A stretch of DNA of 64,000 bases, taken from positions 24,800,001-24,864,000 of the forward strand of contig OZ024764.1 of the NCBI GenBank assembly GCA_964016885.1. The letters are read 5' to 3'. The position numbers were made by a program, and so were the translations under genes. Shown one piece after another: positions 12,999 through 24,900 of the stretch. Positions within the stretch are counted from its first letter, which is position 1; each line of letters opens with the position of its first letter. The notes beneath the pieces were generated by a model that made no database searches, was not told the origin of the DNA, and was given only the letters and a program-made list of their open reading frames with translations. This DNA is from Eledone cirrhosa. Its lineage: Eukaryota.

Positions 12999-13446
12999 CA
13001 TAAATATATATATATATCATATATATATATCATACATATATATATATATACACATTATATATATATATATATCATATATATATATATATATCATATATAT
13101 ATATATATATCATATATATATATCATATATATATATATATCTCATACATATATATCATCATTTTACGTATATAATTTATATATATATATATATATATATC
13201 GTACATATATATATCATATATATATATATATATATCGATACAGATCGAACCTTGAGCTGATCAACGGTGAAACATGCGTCACCAACCAATAAATGTAATG
13301 AAGGAGTAACCAATCGTCCTTGTTATCTTATTTCACTATAATACACTCTGTCTAGCTCTACACCTCGACACTGAAGTGAACCTAGATATCGAGTGCTCAC
13401 CCGAGTGAACCTGCAGTAACTCCAAGTTACACTCCCTGGATATATA

Positions 13447-13786
13447 TCATCATCATCATCATCATCATCATTTTACGTCCGCTTTTCCCTGCTTGCAAGG
13501 GTGGGACGGGAACTGATTCTGGCTTGATTTCTACAGCTGGATGCCCTTCCTAACACCAACCTCATTTACAGTGAGTGCTGGGTGCTTTGTTGCCGTGGCA
13601 CCTCTACGACCACTTTGCAGTGGAATGATAGGGACCCCAGTCCCTATCATCTCATTTCTACAGCTGAGTAAACTGGAGCAATGTGAAATAAAGTGTCTTG
13701 CTCAAGGAAACAACACATCACCCAGTCTGAGAATTGAACTCACAACCTTTTGATTGCAAGACCAATACTCTAACCACTAAGCCATA
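13447..13786 (-). mobile_element. tRNA-derived SINE family A with RTE-derived 3' tail
   Basis: Reverse-complement homologue of 33356-33703; (TGA)n tail. Confidence 0.8.
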
Positions 13787-13906
13787 TAATATATAACAAA
13801 GTAAATGTGGTAAGGAACCAGGTGGACCATAACGCACCAAAGTACTCAATACTTAGGGTAGTAGAGTGTGTCAAAGTACTCAATACTTAGGGTAGTAGAG
13901 TGGGTA

Positions 13907-14022
13907 ATAGGAACGAGTAGGACCCTGACGGCTGAGCTCAAGCCGTTTCGACGGCTAATTCAGTCCACAATTAGCCGTCGAAACGGCTTGAACTCAGCCG
14001 TCGGGGTCCTACTTGTTCCTAT
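13907..14022. other. Fold-back inverted repeat made of two hammerhead 3' halves
   Basis: About 54-bp arms around loop CAGTCCAC; each arm reads GAAAC-GGCT-loop-AGCC-GTC-(A/G)GGGTCC outward. Confidence 0.75.
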
Positions 14023-17000
14023 ATTCACTCGAATTGTTTTCGCGGATATAGGGGTCATCTCCCTTGTCTAATGCCATGTGCGTTTTTCACCGCTAGTTGA
14101 CTCCTCTGCCGCCAGGAAAAAACTCGTTGACAACGTAAACTCCGTTCCACTTATTCTAGTAGGCTTTTATATTTATATGTGAGCTGATAGAGTACAGTCT
14201 AAGGATTTACAGAAACCCATGAAGCTAGATTTAACACCTTTCTAGTGGGTCCGGGTATGATTTTACATTCATTTAAATTATTGACGTATTGTTTTATTGA
14301 TATTTTTTATCTGTTTGGCCCGAATCTTCCTTTATCGATTTTAAATCGTATGGTTGATTGTAGACTTGTTCTATATGTGACGGTATTTTAACGATAGTTA
14401 TAGCTCTGATTCATCTGAATTATTGAGCCCTCTGCCGCTCATATCGAATTTCGTTTTTCGTGAACTCGTGCGCCGATTTTTCGATACTCGATCTTTCTAA
14501 TATATTTAGCTCTGGACATAGCTATCCACCAGTTAATTTTATTGCTCATTTTTTGTCGATTCTATTGAGTGATGAATAGCTTTTGTTTTATTTTAACATG
14601 TCTATTGAGCACTCTAATTCGATATGTGTATTTCCACATTCACTCGAATTGTTTTCGCGGATATAGGGGTCATCTCCCTTGTCTAATGCCATGTGCGTTT
14701 TTCACCGCTAGTTGACTCCTCTGCCGCCAGGAAAAAACTCGTTGACAACGTAAACTCCGTTCCACTTATTCTAGTAGGCTTTTATATTTATATGTGAGCT
14801 GATAGAGTACAGTCTAAGGATTTACAGAAACCCATGAAGCTAGATTTAACACCTTTCTAGTGGGTCCGGGTATGATTTTACATTCATTTAAATTATTGAC
14901 GTATTGTTTTATTGATATTTTTTATCTGTTTGGCCCGAATCTTCCTTTATCGATTTTAAATCGTATGGTTGATTGTAGACTTGTTCTATATGTGACGGTA
15001 TTTTAACGATAGTTATAGCTCTGATTCATCTGAATTATTGAGCCCTCTGCCGCTCATATCGAATTTCGTTTTTCGTGAACTCGTGCGCCGATTTTTCGAT
15101 ACTCGATCTTTCTAATATATTTAGCTCTGGACATAGCTATCCACCAGTTAATTTTATTGCTCATTTTTTGTCGATTCTATTGAGTGATGAATAGCTTTTG
15201 TTTTATTTTAACATGTCTATTGAGCACTCTAATTCGATATGTGTATTTCCACATTCACTCGAATTGTTTTCGCGGATATAGGGGTCATCTCCCTTGTCTA
15301 ATGCCATGTGCGTTTTTCACCGCTAGTTGACTCCTCTGCCGCCAGGAAAAAACTCGTTGACAACGTAAACTCCGTTCCACTTATTCTAGTAGGCTTTTAT
15401 ATTTATATGTGAGCTGATAGAGTACAGTCTAAGGATTTACAGAAACCCATGAAGCTAGATTTAACACCTTTCTAGTGGGTCCGGGTATGATTTTACATTC
15501 ATTTAAATTATTGACGTATTGTTTTATTGATATTTTTTATCTGTTTGGCCCGAATCTTCCTTTATCGATTTTAAATCGTATGGTTGATTGTAGACTTGTT
15601 CTATATGTGACGGTATTTTAACGATAGTTATAGCTCTGATTCATCTGAATTATTGAGCCCTCTGCCGCTCATATCGAATTTCGTTTTTCGTGAACTCGTG
15701 CGCCGATTTTTCGATACTCGATCTTTCTAATATATTTAGCTCTGGACATAGCTATCCACCAGTTAATTTTATTGCTCATTTTTTGTCGATTCTATTGAGT
15801 GATGAATAGCTTTTGTTTTATTTTAACATGTCTATTGAGCACTCTAATTCGATATGTGTATTTCCACATTCACTCGAATTGTTTTCGCGGATATAGGGGT
15901 CATCTCCCTTGTCTAATGCCATGTGCGTTTTTCACCGCTAGTTGACTCCTCTGCCGCCAGGAAAAAACTCGTTGACAACGTAAACTCCGTTCCACTTATT
16001 CTAGTAGGCTTTTATATTTATATGTGAGCTGATAGAGTACAGTCTAAGGATTTACAGAAACCCATGAAGCTAGATTTAACACCTTTCTAGTGGGTCCGGG
16101 TATGATTTTACATTCATTTAAATTATTGACGTATTGTTTTATTGATATTTTTTATCTGTTTGGCCCGAATCTTCCTTTATCGATTTTAAATCGTATGGTT
16201 GATTGTAGACTTGTTCTATATGTGACGGTATTTTAACGATAGTTATAGCTCTGATTCATCTGAATTATTGAGCCCTCTGCCGCTCATATCGAATTTCGTT
16301 TTTCGTGAACTCGTGCGCCGATTTTTCGATACTCGATCTTTCTAATATATTTAGCTCTGGACATAGCTATCCACCAGTTAATTTTATTGCTCATTTTTTG
16401 TCGATTCTATTGAGTGATGAATAGCTTTTGTTTTATTTTAACATGTCTATTGAGCACTCTAATTCGATATGTGTATTTCCACATTCACTCGAATTGTTTT
16501 CGCGGATATAGGGGTCATCTCCCTTGTCTAATGCCATGTGCGTTTTTCACCGCTAGTTGACTCCTCTGCCGCCAGGAAAAAACTCGTTGACAACGTAAAC
16601 TCCGTTCCACTTATTCTAGTAGGCTTTTATATTTATATGTGAGCTGATAGAGTACAGTCTAAGGATTTACAGAAACCCATGAAGCTAGATTTAACACCTT
16701 TCTAGTGGGTCCGGGTATGATTTTACATTCATTTAAATTATTGACGTATTGTTTTATTGATATTTTTTATCTGTTTGGCCCGAATCTTCCTTTATCGATT
16801 TTAAATCGTATGGTTGATTGTAGACTTGTTCTATATGTGACGGTATTTTAACGATAGTTATAGCTCTGATTCATCTGAATTATTGAGCCCTCTGCCGCTC
16901 ATATCGAATTTCGTTTTTCGTGAACTCGTGCGCCGATTTTTCGATACTCGATCTTTCTAATATATTTAGCTCTGGACATAGCTATCCACCAGTTAATTTT

Positions 17001-17579
17001 ATTGCTCATTTTTTGTCGATTCTATTGAGTGATGAATAGCTTTTGTTTTATTTTAACATGTCTATTGAGCACTCTAATTCGATATGTGTATTTCCACATT
17101 CACTCGAATTGTTTTCGCGGATATAGGGGTCATCTCCCTTGTCTAATGCCATGTGCGTTTTTCACCGCTAGTTGACTCCTCTGCCGCCAGGAAAAAACTC
17201 GTTGACAACGTAAACTCCGTTCCACTTATTCTAGTAGGCTTTTATATTTATATGTGAGCTGATAGAGTACAGTCTAAGGATTTACAGAAACCCATGAAGC
17301 TAGATTTAACACCTTTCTAGTGGGTCCGGGTATGATTTTACATTCATTTAAATTATTGACGTATTGTTTTATTGATATTTTTTATCTGTTTGGCCCGAAT
17401 CTTCCTTTATCGATTTTAAATCGTATGGTTGATTGTAGACTTGTTCTATATGTGACGGTATTTTAACGATAGTTATAGCTCTGATTCATCTGAATTATTG
17501 AGCCCTCTGCCGCTCATATCGAATTTCGTTTTTCGTGAACTCGTGCGCCGATTTTTCGATACTCGATCTTTCTAATATA
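14023..17579. repeat. 615-bp tandem array, about 5.8 apparently identical copies
   Basis: ATTCACTCGAATTG recurs at 14023, 14638, 15253, 15868, 16483, 17098; no ORF in the track. Confidence 0.95.
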
Positions 17580-17713
17580 TATATATATATAGATATATAT
17601 AAATATATATATATAATAATATTAATGGTGTGTTGGTTGCATCAGTTGTCAGCCATAATCAAGCAGTATTCGCCTGTCTGATGCAACCAAGACACCATTA
17701 TAAATATATATAT

Positions 17714-17903
17714 AGGGCAGTGGATTGGCAGTATCGGTAGAGGGTTGGACGCCATGCTTTCTAGCACAGTTACGGCCCTTTACAGTCTGAGTTCAAATCC
17801 CGCCGAGGTTAACTTTGCCTTTCATCCTTACGGGGTCGATAAAATAAAGTACCAGTAATGTACTGGGTATTTGCTGGCCTTGTGGCTAAAGTAGAAACAA
17901 TTA
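17714..17903 (+). mobile_element. tRNA-derived SINE family B
   Basis: Box A-like TGGCAGTATCGG, box B GAGTTCAAATCC, body TTTGCCTTTCATCC..GATAAAATAAAGTACCAG; many other copies in the window. Confidence 0.8.
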
Positions 17904-17905
17904 TA

Positions 17906-17957
<52 letters not shown>

Positions 17958-18057
17958 AATATATATTAAGTGTAAGGAGTTCAAATCTCAAGCATTCCTT
18001 TACAATGAAAATAGCTCAAAGAAAAGAATATTTCTGAGCCGTGTAATAATAAATATA

Positions 18058-18185
18058 AATCAATATATATGATGAACCACAGATACCAACATATCTTTGT
18101 TTATATTGCAAAAGGAATAAGTTAGCTATTCCTTTTGCAATATAAACAAAGATATGTTGGTATCTGTGTTTCCTCATATATATTG

Positions 18186-18188
<3 letters not shown>
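18058..18188. other. Long inverted repeat (42-bp perfect stem, 7-nt loop)
   Basis: 18078-18119 is the reverse complement of 18127-18168; imperfect pairing extends further. Confidence 0.9.
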
Positions 18189-18245
<57 letters not shown>

Positions 18246-18317
18246 TATATATATGTCCCAAGGCTCTGATACCATCAACACTATAAACACAGAGCTGGCA
18301 TATCTAAGAACTGACTA

Positions 18318-18373
18318 ACTGCCTGATGAGGTCATAGCCATTCAATGGCTATCATCGAAATATATATAGCAGT
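18318..18373 (+). ncRNA. Minimal type I hammerhead ribozyme with canonical core
   Basis: ACTGC-CTGATGA-GGTCATAGCCA TTCAA TGGCTATCATC-GAAA-TATATA-TA-GCAGT; 5-bp stem I, palindromic loop III, AATAAA follows. Confidence 0.75.
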
Positions 18374-18414
18374 AAATAAAGGATTATGAGTTCATGCAAT
18401 TGACTTACGTTTCG

Positions 18415-18456
<42 letters not shown>

Positions 18457-18458
<2 letters not shown>

Positions 18459-20775
18459 TACTCAATGTGTATTAGATGCCAGTAGTAAAGGGGACAGAGT
18501 GCTCAATGTGTATTAGATGCCAGTAGTAAAGGGGACAGAGTGCTCAATGTGTATTAGATGCCAGTAGTAAAGGGGACAGAATGCTCAATGTGTATTAGAT
18601 GCCAGTAGTAAAGGGGACAGAGTGCTCAATGTGTATTAGATGCCAGTAGTAAAGGGGACAGAGTGCTCAATGTGTATTAGATGCCAGTAGTAAAGGGGAC
18701 AGAGTGCTCAATGTGTATTAGATGCCAGTAGTAAAGGGGACAGAGTGCTCAATGTGTATTAGATGCCAGTAGTAAAGGGGACAGAGTGCTCAATGTGTAT
18801 TAGATGCCAGTAGTAAAGGGGACAGAATGCTCAATGTGTATTAGATGCCAGTAGTAAAGGGGACAGAGTGCTCAATGTGTATTAGATGCCAGTAGTAAAG
18901 GGGACAGAGTGCTCAATGTGTATTAGATGCCAGTAGTAAAGGGGACAGAGTGCTCCATGTGTATTAGATGCCAGTAGTAAAGGGGACAGAGTGCTCCATG
19001 TGTATTAGATGCCAGTAGTAAAGGGGACAGAGTGCTCCATGTGTATTAGATGCCAGTAGTAAAGGGGACAGAGTGTTCAATGTGTATTAGATGCCAGTAG
19101 TAAAGGGGACAGAGTGCTCCATGTGTATTAGATGCCAGTAGTAAAGGGGACAGAGTGCTCAATGTGTATTAGATGCCAGTAGTAAAGGGGACAGAGTGCT
19201 CAATGTGTATTAGATGCCAGTAGTAAAGGGGACAGAGTGCTCAATATGTATTAGATGCCAGTAGTAAAGGGGACAGAGTGCTCCATGTGTATTAGATGCC
19301 AGTAGTAAAGGGGACAGAGTGCTCAATATGTATTAGATGCCAGTAGTAAAGGGGACAGAGTGCTCCATGTGTATTAGATGCCAGTAGTAAAGGGGACAGA
19401 GTGCTCCATGTGTATTAGATGCCAGTAGTAAAGGGGACAAAGTGCTCAATGTGTATTAGATGCCAGTAGTAAAGGGGACAGAATGCTCCATGTGTATTAG
19501 ATGCCAGTAGTAAAGGGGACAAAGTGCTCAATGTGTATTATATGCCAGTAGTAAAGGGGACAGAGTGCTCAATGTGTATTAGATGCCAGTAGTAAAGGGG
19601 ACAGAATGCTCAATGTGTATTAGATGCCAGTAGTAAAGGGGACAGAGTACTCAATGTGTATTAGATGCCAGTAGTAAAGGGGACAGAGTACTCAATGTGT
19701 ATTAGATGCCAGTAGTAAAGGGGACAGAGTGCTCAATGTGTATTAGATGCCAGTAGTAAAGGGGACAGAGTGCTCAATGTGTATTAGATGCCAGTAGTAA
19801 AGGGGACAGAGTGCTCAATGTGTATTAGATGCCAGTAGTAAAGGGGACAGAGTGCTCAATGTGTATTAGATGCCAGTAGTAAAGGGGACAGAGTGCTCAA
19901 TGTGTATTAGATGCCAGTAGTAAAGGGGACATAATGCTCAATGTGTATTAGATGCCAGTAGTAAAGGGGACAGAGTGCTCAATGTGTATTAGATGCCAGT
20001 AGTAAAGGGGACAGAATGCTCAATGTGTATTAGATGCCAGTAGTAAAGGGGACAGAGTACTCAATGTGTATTAGATGCCAGTAGTAAAGGGGACAGAGTG
20101 CTCAATGTGTATTAGATGCCAGTAGTAAAGGGGACAGAGTACTCAATGTGTATTAGATGCCAGTAGTAAAGGGGACAGAGTGCTCAATGTGTATTAGATG
20201 CCAGTAGTAAAGGGGACAGAGTGCTCAATGTGTATTAGATGCCAGTAGTAAAGGGGACAGAATGCTCAATGTGTTTAGATGCCAGTAGTAAAGGGGACAG
20301 AGTACTCCATGTGTATTAGATGCCAGTAGTAAAGGGGACAGAGTGCTCAATGTGTATTAGATGCCAGTAGTAAAGGGGACAGAGTGCTCAATGTGTATTA
20401 GATGCCAGTAGTAAAGGGGACAGAGTACTCAATGTGTATTAGATGCCAGTAGTAAAGGGGACAGAGTGCTCAATGTGTATTAGATGCCAGTAGTAAAGGG
20501 GACAGAGTACTCAATGTGTATTAGATGCCAGTAGTAAAGGGGACAGAGTACTCAATGTGTATTAGATGCCAGTAGTAAAGGGGACAGAGTGCTCCATGTG
20601 TATTAGATGCCAGTAGTAAAGGGGACAGAGTACTCAATGTGTATTAGATGCCAGTAGTAAAGGGGACAGAGTACTCAATGTGTATTAGATGCCAGTAGTA
20701 AAGGGGACAGAGTACTCAATGTGTATTAGATGCCAGTAGTAAAGGGGACAGAGTGCTCAATGTGTACTAGATGCA
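18457..20775. repeat. 41-bp minisatellite, about 56 copies
   Basis: Unit GTGCTCAATGTGTATTAGATGCCAGTAGTAAAGGGGACAGA. Confidence 0.95.
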
Positions 20776-20937
20776 ACACTATGTATACACATGTACATGT
20801 GTGTGGGAACTAGCTAAACCGGCCATATCCGGCCAGAATTCTCTCATCTCTTTCTATTCTAACTGGCCGTAACTGTCTGCTTATACTGATGTTAAGGTAT
20901 TGTTCTCAAAATAAATATCAAAATCTCATAGATTAGA

Positions 20938-21205
20938 CATTATGTGAGGTAAAGCCTTTACTGTGACAATACAATAGTATATATAGAGTAATGTAAATGT
21001 TATGTGAGATATTATGTGAGGTAAAGCCTTTACTGTGAAAATACAATAGTATATATAGAGTAATGTAAATGTTATGTGAGATATTATGTGAGGTAAAGCC
21101 TTTACTGTGAAAATACAATAGTATATATAGAGTAATGTAAATGTTATGGGAGATATTATGAGAGGTAAAGCCTTTAGTGTGACAATACAATAGTATATAT
21201 AGAGT
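20938..21205. repeat. 72-bp minisatellite (left segment; continues at 26824-26962 and 32581-32800)
   Basis: Unit GTTATGTGAGATATTATGTGAGGTAAAGCCTTTACTGTGAAAATACAATAGTATATATAGAGTAATGTAAAT. Confidence 0.9.
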
Positions 21206-21442
21206 GGTTTCTTTATTTGCCACTAGGGCACAAAAGGTAGGGACAGATACAAGGGGGGAAGTTTACATATAATTAACGAGTACAAAAATATAACAATGAA
21301 ATAACAACAACAAACGAAGTCCTCAATAGGGAGGGGGCATTAACATGGGTCGCACACACCCCAGAAAAAATGTGCAACCCTTCTCCTCAGGAGCACAAAG
21401 AGTAGGTGCTTCCCTCGTCTCCTCTTTTTCCTCTTCTTTCAC

Positions 21443-24400
21443 CTACAGGCTGATATAGTGAGAAGACACATTCACTCTGGCCATTCTCCCTACTTTCACC
21501 CACCTTTCATAAAACTTGCTGGGGTAGAGCACCTCTCTCTCCATTCTGATCCTTCTTTTAAAATGGTATTTGAAAAAGGGGACCAGTTGTTGGCCGGAGA
21601 GAAAGGTGTCTGACCTCAGCCCTTTCAGCCTCGTCCACCATACAACTTCTTTAGCCATGGCTATCACACAGAGAAAAACCGCCTCTCCTTCGTTTTTGAA
21701 AGGGGGAGGCGGTTTGATCGTGACAATGGACTCGGTGGTCAACCGGATTGGTCCCACCCTCGACAGTAGTCGTTCCACATAGCCCCACAGGTCAGCAATG
21801 CCTGGGCAGTGTACGAATGCGTGCGCAATGGTTTCGTCATCATGCACGCATCTCGGACAGATCTTATTCAAAGGATCTCTACCCAGGCTCCCATGCCTGT
21901 GGAGCTTGTCTCGAACGGGTAGAGCCCCTCGGTAGCACTGCCAAGCCAGGGACTTTTGGAAGTTGTCCATTAGTCCATGGCCAAACGTCCTACCGAACAG
22001 ACTGGCCAGTTCATCTTCCTCCATGCCTAGAGCTTCTCCGAGAGCATCGTCGCACCTGCTGCGTACCAACCCTCTATAGAATGTCGAGGTGGAGTCTCCA
22101 CTGATTGCCGGGTCCGCTTTCCAGAGGGCCGTGAGCGCCTGGGCACATTCAATGTGCCAGTCGCCCACTTTTCTCGGTCTTTGCTTGACTCAGGATTGCA
22201 GCTCGGTGAGCGAGACGAGTCTGGGAAAGGCTCACCTCACAAATGGGGCCCACAGCGGTTGACCGGTGAGGAATACCTGGAGGTGCCGTAGCCTTAATGC
22301 GTGTTTACGCATCTGTAGCCACGGCATCCCCAGCCCTCCTTTCGAAGGGTGTTGACAGCAGATGGATCTCCTCACCAAAGGGGTCCGCTTGTTCCAAAGA
22401 AATTGGAACAGCGCGCACTCCATTTTGGCGAGTCTTTTCACTGGGCAAGGCACGACGGTCAAGCGGTAGTAGATGACGGATGCTATATAAGTATTCGCCA
22501 CCTCCGCTCGACCTTTCAGGCATAGTTTGCACAGGGCCCACTTCTGGCTGAGTGCAAACACCCTGGCCGTTACCTCGTTCCAGTTTTTCTCCACCTGGAG
22601 GTCTGGTCCGAACCAGACCCCAAGCAGCTTCACCCTGCCTCCGTCTAGCGTCCGACGACGTCGTTGGAGGGCATCGGTTTGCCTCTCCATGTTCCGAGTT
22701 GCAAACCGACGGACTTGTCCCGGTTCAGCTTGGCTCCTGTAAACCTTTCATATTCCTCCAGTAAGGTGCCGATCTCACCGATTTGCGAGGTTTTCGACAC
22801 CATTACTGTCACGTCATCGGCGTAGGCCGACGCCACTTTCTGCAATCCCGGTTCCAAAGGGATGCCCTGCAACCGCTCCAACTTCCGCAGTAGTGGCTCA
22901 AGAGCCAGCACATACAGAAGGGAGGAGAGAGGGCATCCCTGTCGGATGGATCGTATGATTTGGAACGGCTCCGAGAGGTGGCCGTTCACCTTGACGCTTG
23001 AGCAGACGTTGCTGCTGTGCATCGCAGCAATCCAACCCCTGAAAACGGGTCCGAAGCCTGCCGCCGCGAGCACCACATCCAGGTAACGATGGTCAACCCT
23101 ATCGAAAGCTTTAGATTGATCCAAGTTGATCAGGGCCCCACCAAAGCCGGGTTCATTCCCTACCCTCTCTATGATGTATCGCATAAGGTGGAGATTGTCG
23201 TGAATGGACCTGGACGGGATTGCGCATGTCTGCGCTTCTCCCACCAGGTTTCCAACGACAAGCGCCAACCTCTTCGCTAACACCTTGGCCAAAATCTTTA
23301 ACTCTGTATTTAGCAGAGTTATGGGCCTGAAGTTACTTATGTCATCCCCCTTGTTCTCATCCTTCCTCACCAGCGTAACTACGCCCTTGGTCACAGAACT
23401 GGGAATTCTCCCGTTCTGCTGCCAGTTGCAGTAGACCGCTTCGAGGATATCGGAGAACAAGTCCGGCATCGCTACATATAGCTCGTATGGTAGACCATCG
23501 AGACCCGGGGATTTGCGTTTGCCGCATTGGCTCAGTGCCGCCCCTATCTCAGCAGCTGAAAACGTCCTTTCGCAGGACTTCGCCTCCGCGTCCGAGAGGC
23601 GCGGCAGACCGTCGAGGTATGGATTGAAATCCATAGTCTCACCCGGCGCGCCGCCCCTCTCGAACAGTCGTGCAAAGTGCCGCTGAAAGGCCGCACACAT
23701 CTGCCCAGGTTCAAGGATCACACGCCCATCCTGGTCCTTTAAAGACCGAATCGTGTACTTGTTCCCACTTTTTGCCTCTGTCACTCGGGCCCAGCTCACA
23801 GCTTTGGCTCCCTCATTACCCAGAGCACGTATTTTACTCCTGACAACGCAGCCTTCATGCTTCACCTCAAAGAACTGGTCAAAGGCCATTCTTGATGCCA
23901 GCACGCCGGCTACATTGCCACTCCTAATCGCCTCTTCTACTCTATCTACTAATTCCCTTTCCGTCTTGTTCCTATCCCTTGCTAATTCCTGACTAAAACC
24001 TATCGATTCTATTCTAATTGCTCTCTTAAGAGAGCTCCACCACCTGTTGTTGACAATTGCCCCTGTCAAACTCTGCTTAACTAACGTGCTAATCCGTTTA
24101 CTGTAAGCTTTGCTTCTCGGTAAGGACAAGTTCAGCTTCCAGTAACCGGGTCCCTGTCTATGGGTTCTATCAAGGTTGGCTCTGCAGGTCACTAACTTGT
24201 GATCCGAATAGTCAACCATGAACATTTTTGGACAGCTAAATGTGTCCCTATCCTTCTCTCTAACTAGGACCCTATCTAGGTACGACCTAGATGTTCCACT
24301 GCGATTGGTCCACGTCCATAGTGGTACAGTCGGAAAATCTAGTCGATATCTATCGGCCAGGTCAAATCGGCCGATTAACCTTTTGAGGCTCTTACACCCC

Positions 24401-24879
24401 CCTCTATTGGCACATGCCCCTACATAGTCCCAACGTGCATCCAGGATACCATTCCAGTCCCCCACTAAAAGCAAGGAGCGGGACGTTCCCAGAAAAGTTT
24501 CCAGACGTTGGAAGTATTCCGGCCGCGCTGCCCCAAAAGGCGCGTACACAGCAATTAGTCTAAGGGCTCCACTTTCACTACTGCCGACGTCTAAAACCAC
24601 CAGTCGACCCTCCGGGTCCAAGTGCACCTTCTGTATGGCGAGGCCCAGGTGTTTTCGCAGCAGAACGACAACTCCACCCCCACCCCCCGGTTGACAGAGA
24701 GATGCGAAGATCTCAAAGTCGTCGAAGAGGGGCGCCAGTTGGTGCTCGCTGCTGATCCTGGACTCGCAAATAGCCATTACATCCATTCTATGCGACCTGA
24801 GATCGTTTAAAAGTTTGCCTTGTTTCCAAGACAGTCCCAGGCCGCGTACATTCAGACACCCAACTCTTATATCAGCCAT
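21443..24879 (-). pseudogene. Tx1-like ORF2 (APE-RT-zinc finger), disrupted
   Basis: LNVRGL, VYAP, GDWN, YLDR, SDH; FRPITLLN, LDQSKAFD, IRQGCPLS, YADD; CPRC..H..C; stop plus frameshift near 22645 and in-frame stops near 22232 and 22190. Confidence 0.9.
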
Positions 24880-24900
24880 GTTGGTTAAAAGAGGAAGGAC

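Noticed and set aside
13240-13295. GAAAC-ATGC-GTC followed by AATAAA, hammerhead 3' half
   Set aside because: No CUGANGA strand or stem I partner; at most a truncated remnant
14180-14228. Possible hammerhead in the 615-bp unit (CTGATAGA...GAAAC)
   Set aside because: Core has an extra base, stem II is weak and there is no UH cleavage site in register
18457-20775. CRISPR-like appearance of the 38-, 41- and 31-bp arrays
   Set aside because: No unique spacers, no cas genes, eukaryotic context
20815-20905. Possible exon in the unique island between the 41-bp and 72-bp arrays
   Set aside because: No strong splice sites and no consistent phase with neighbouring candidates
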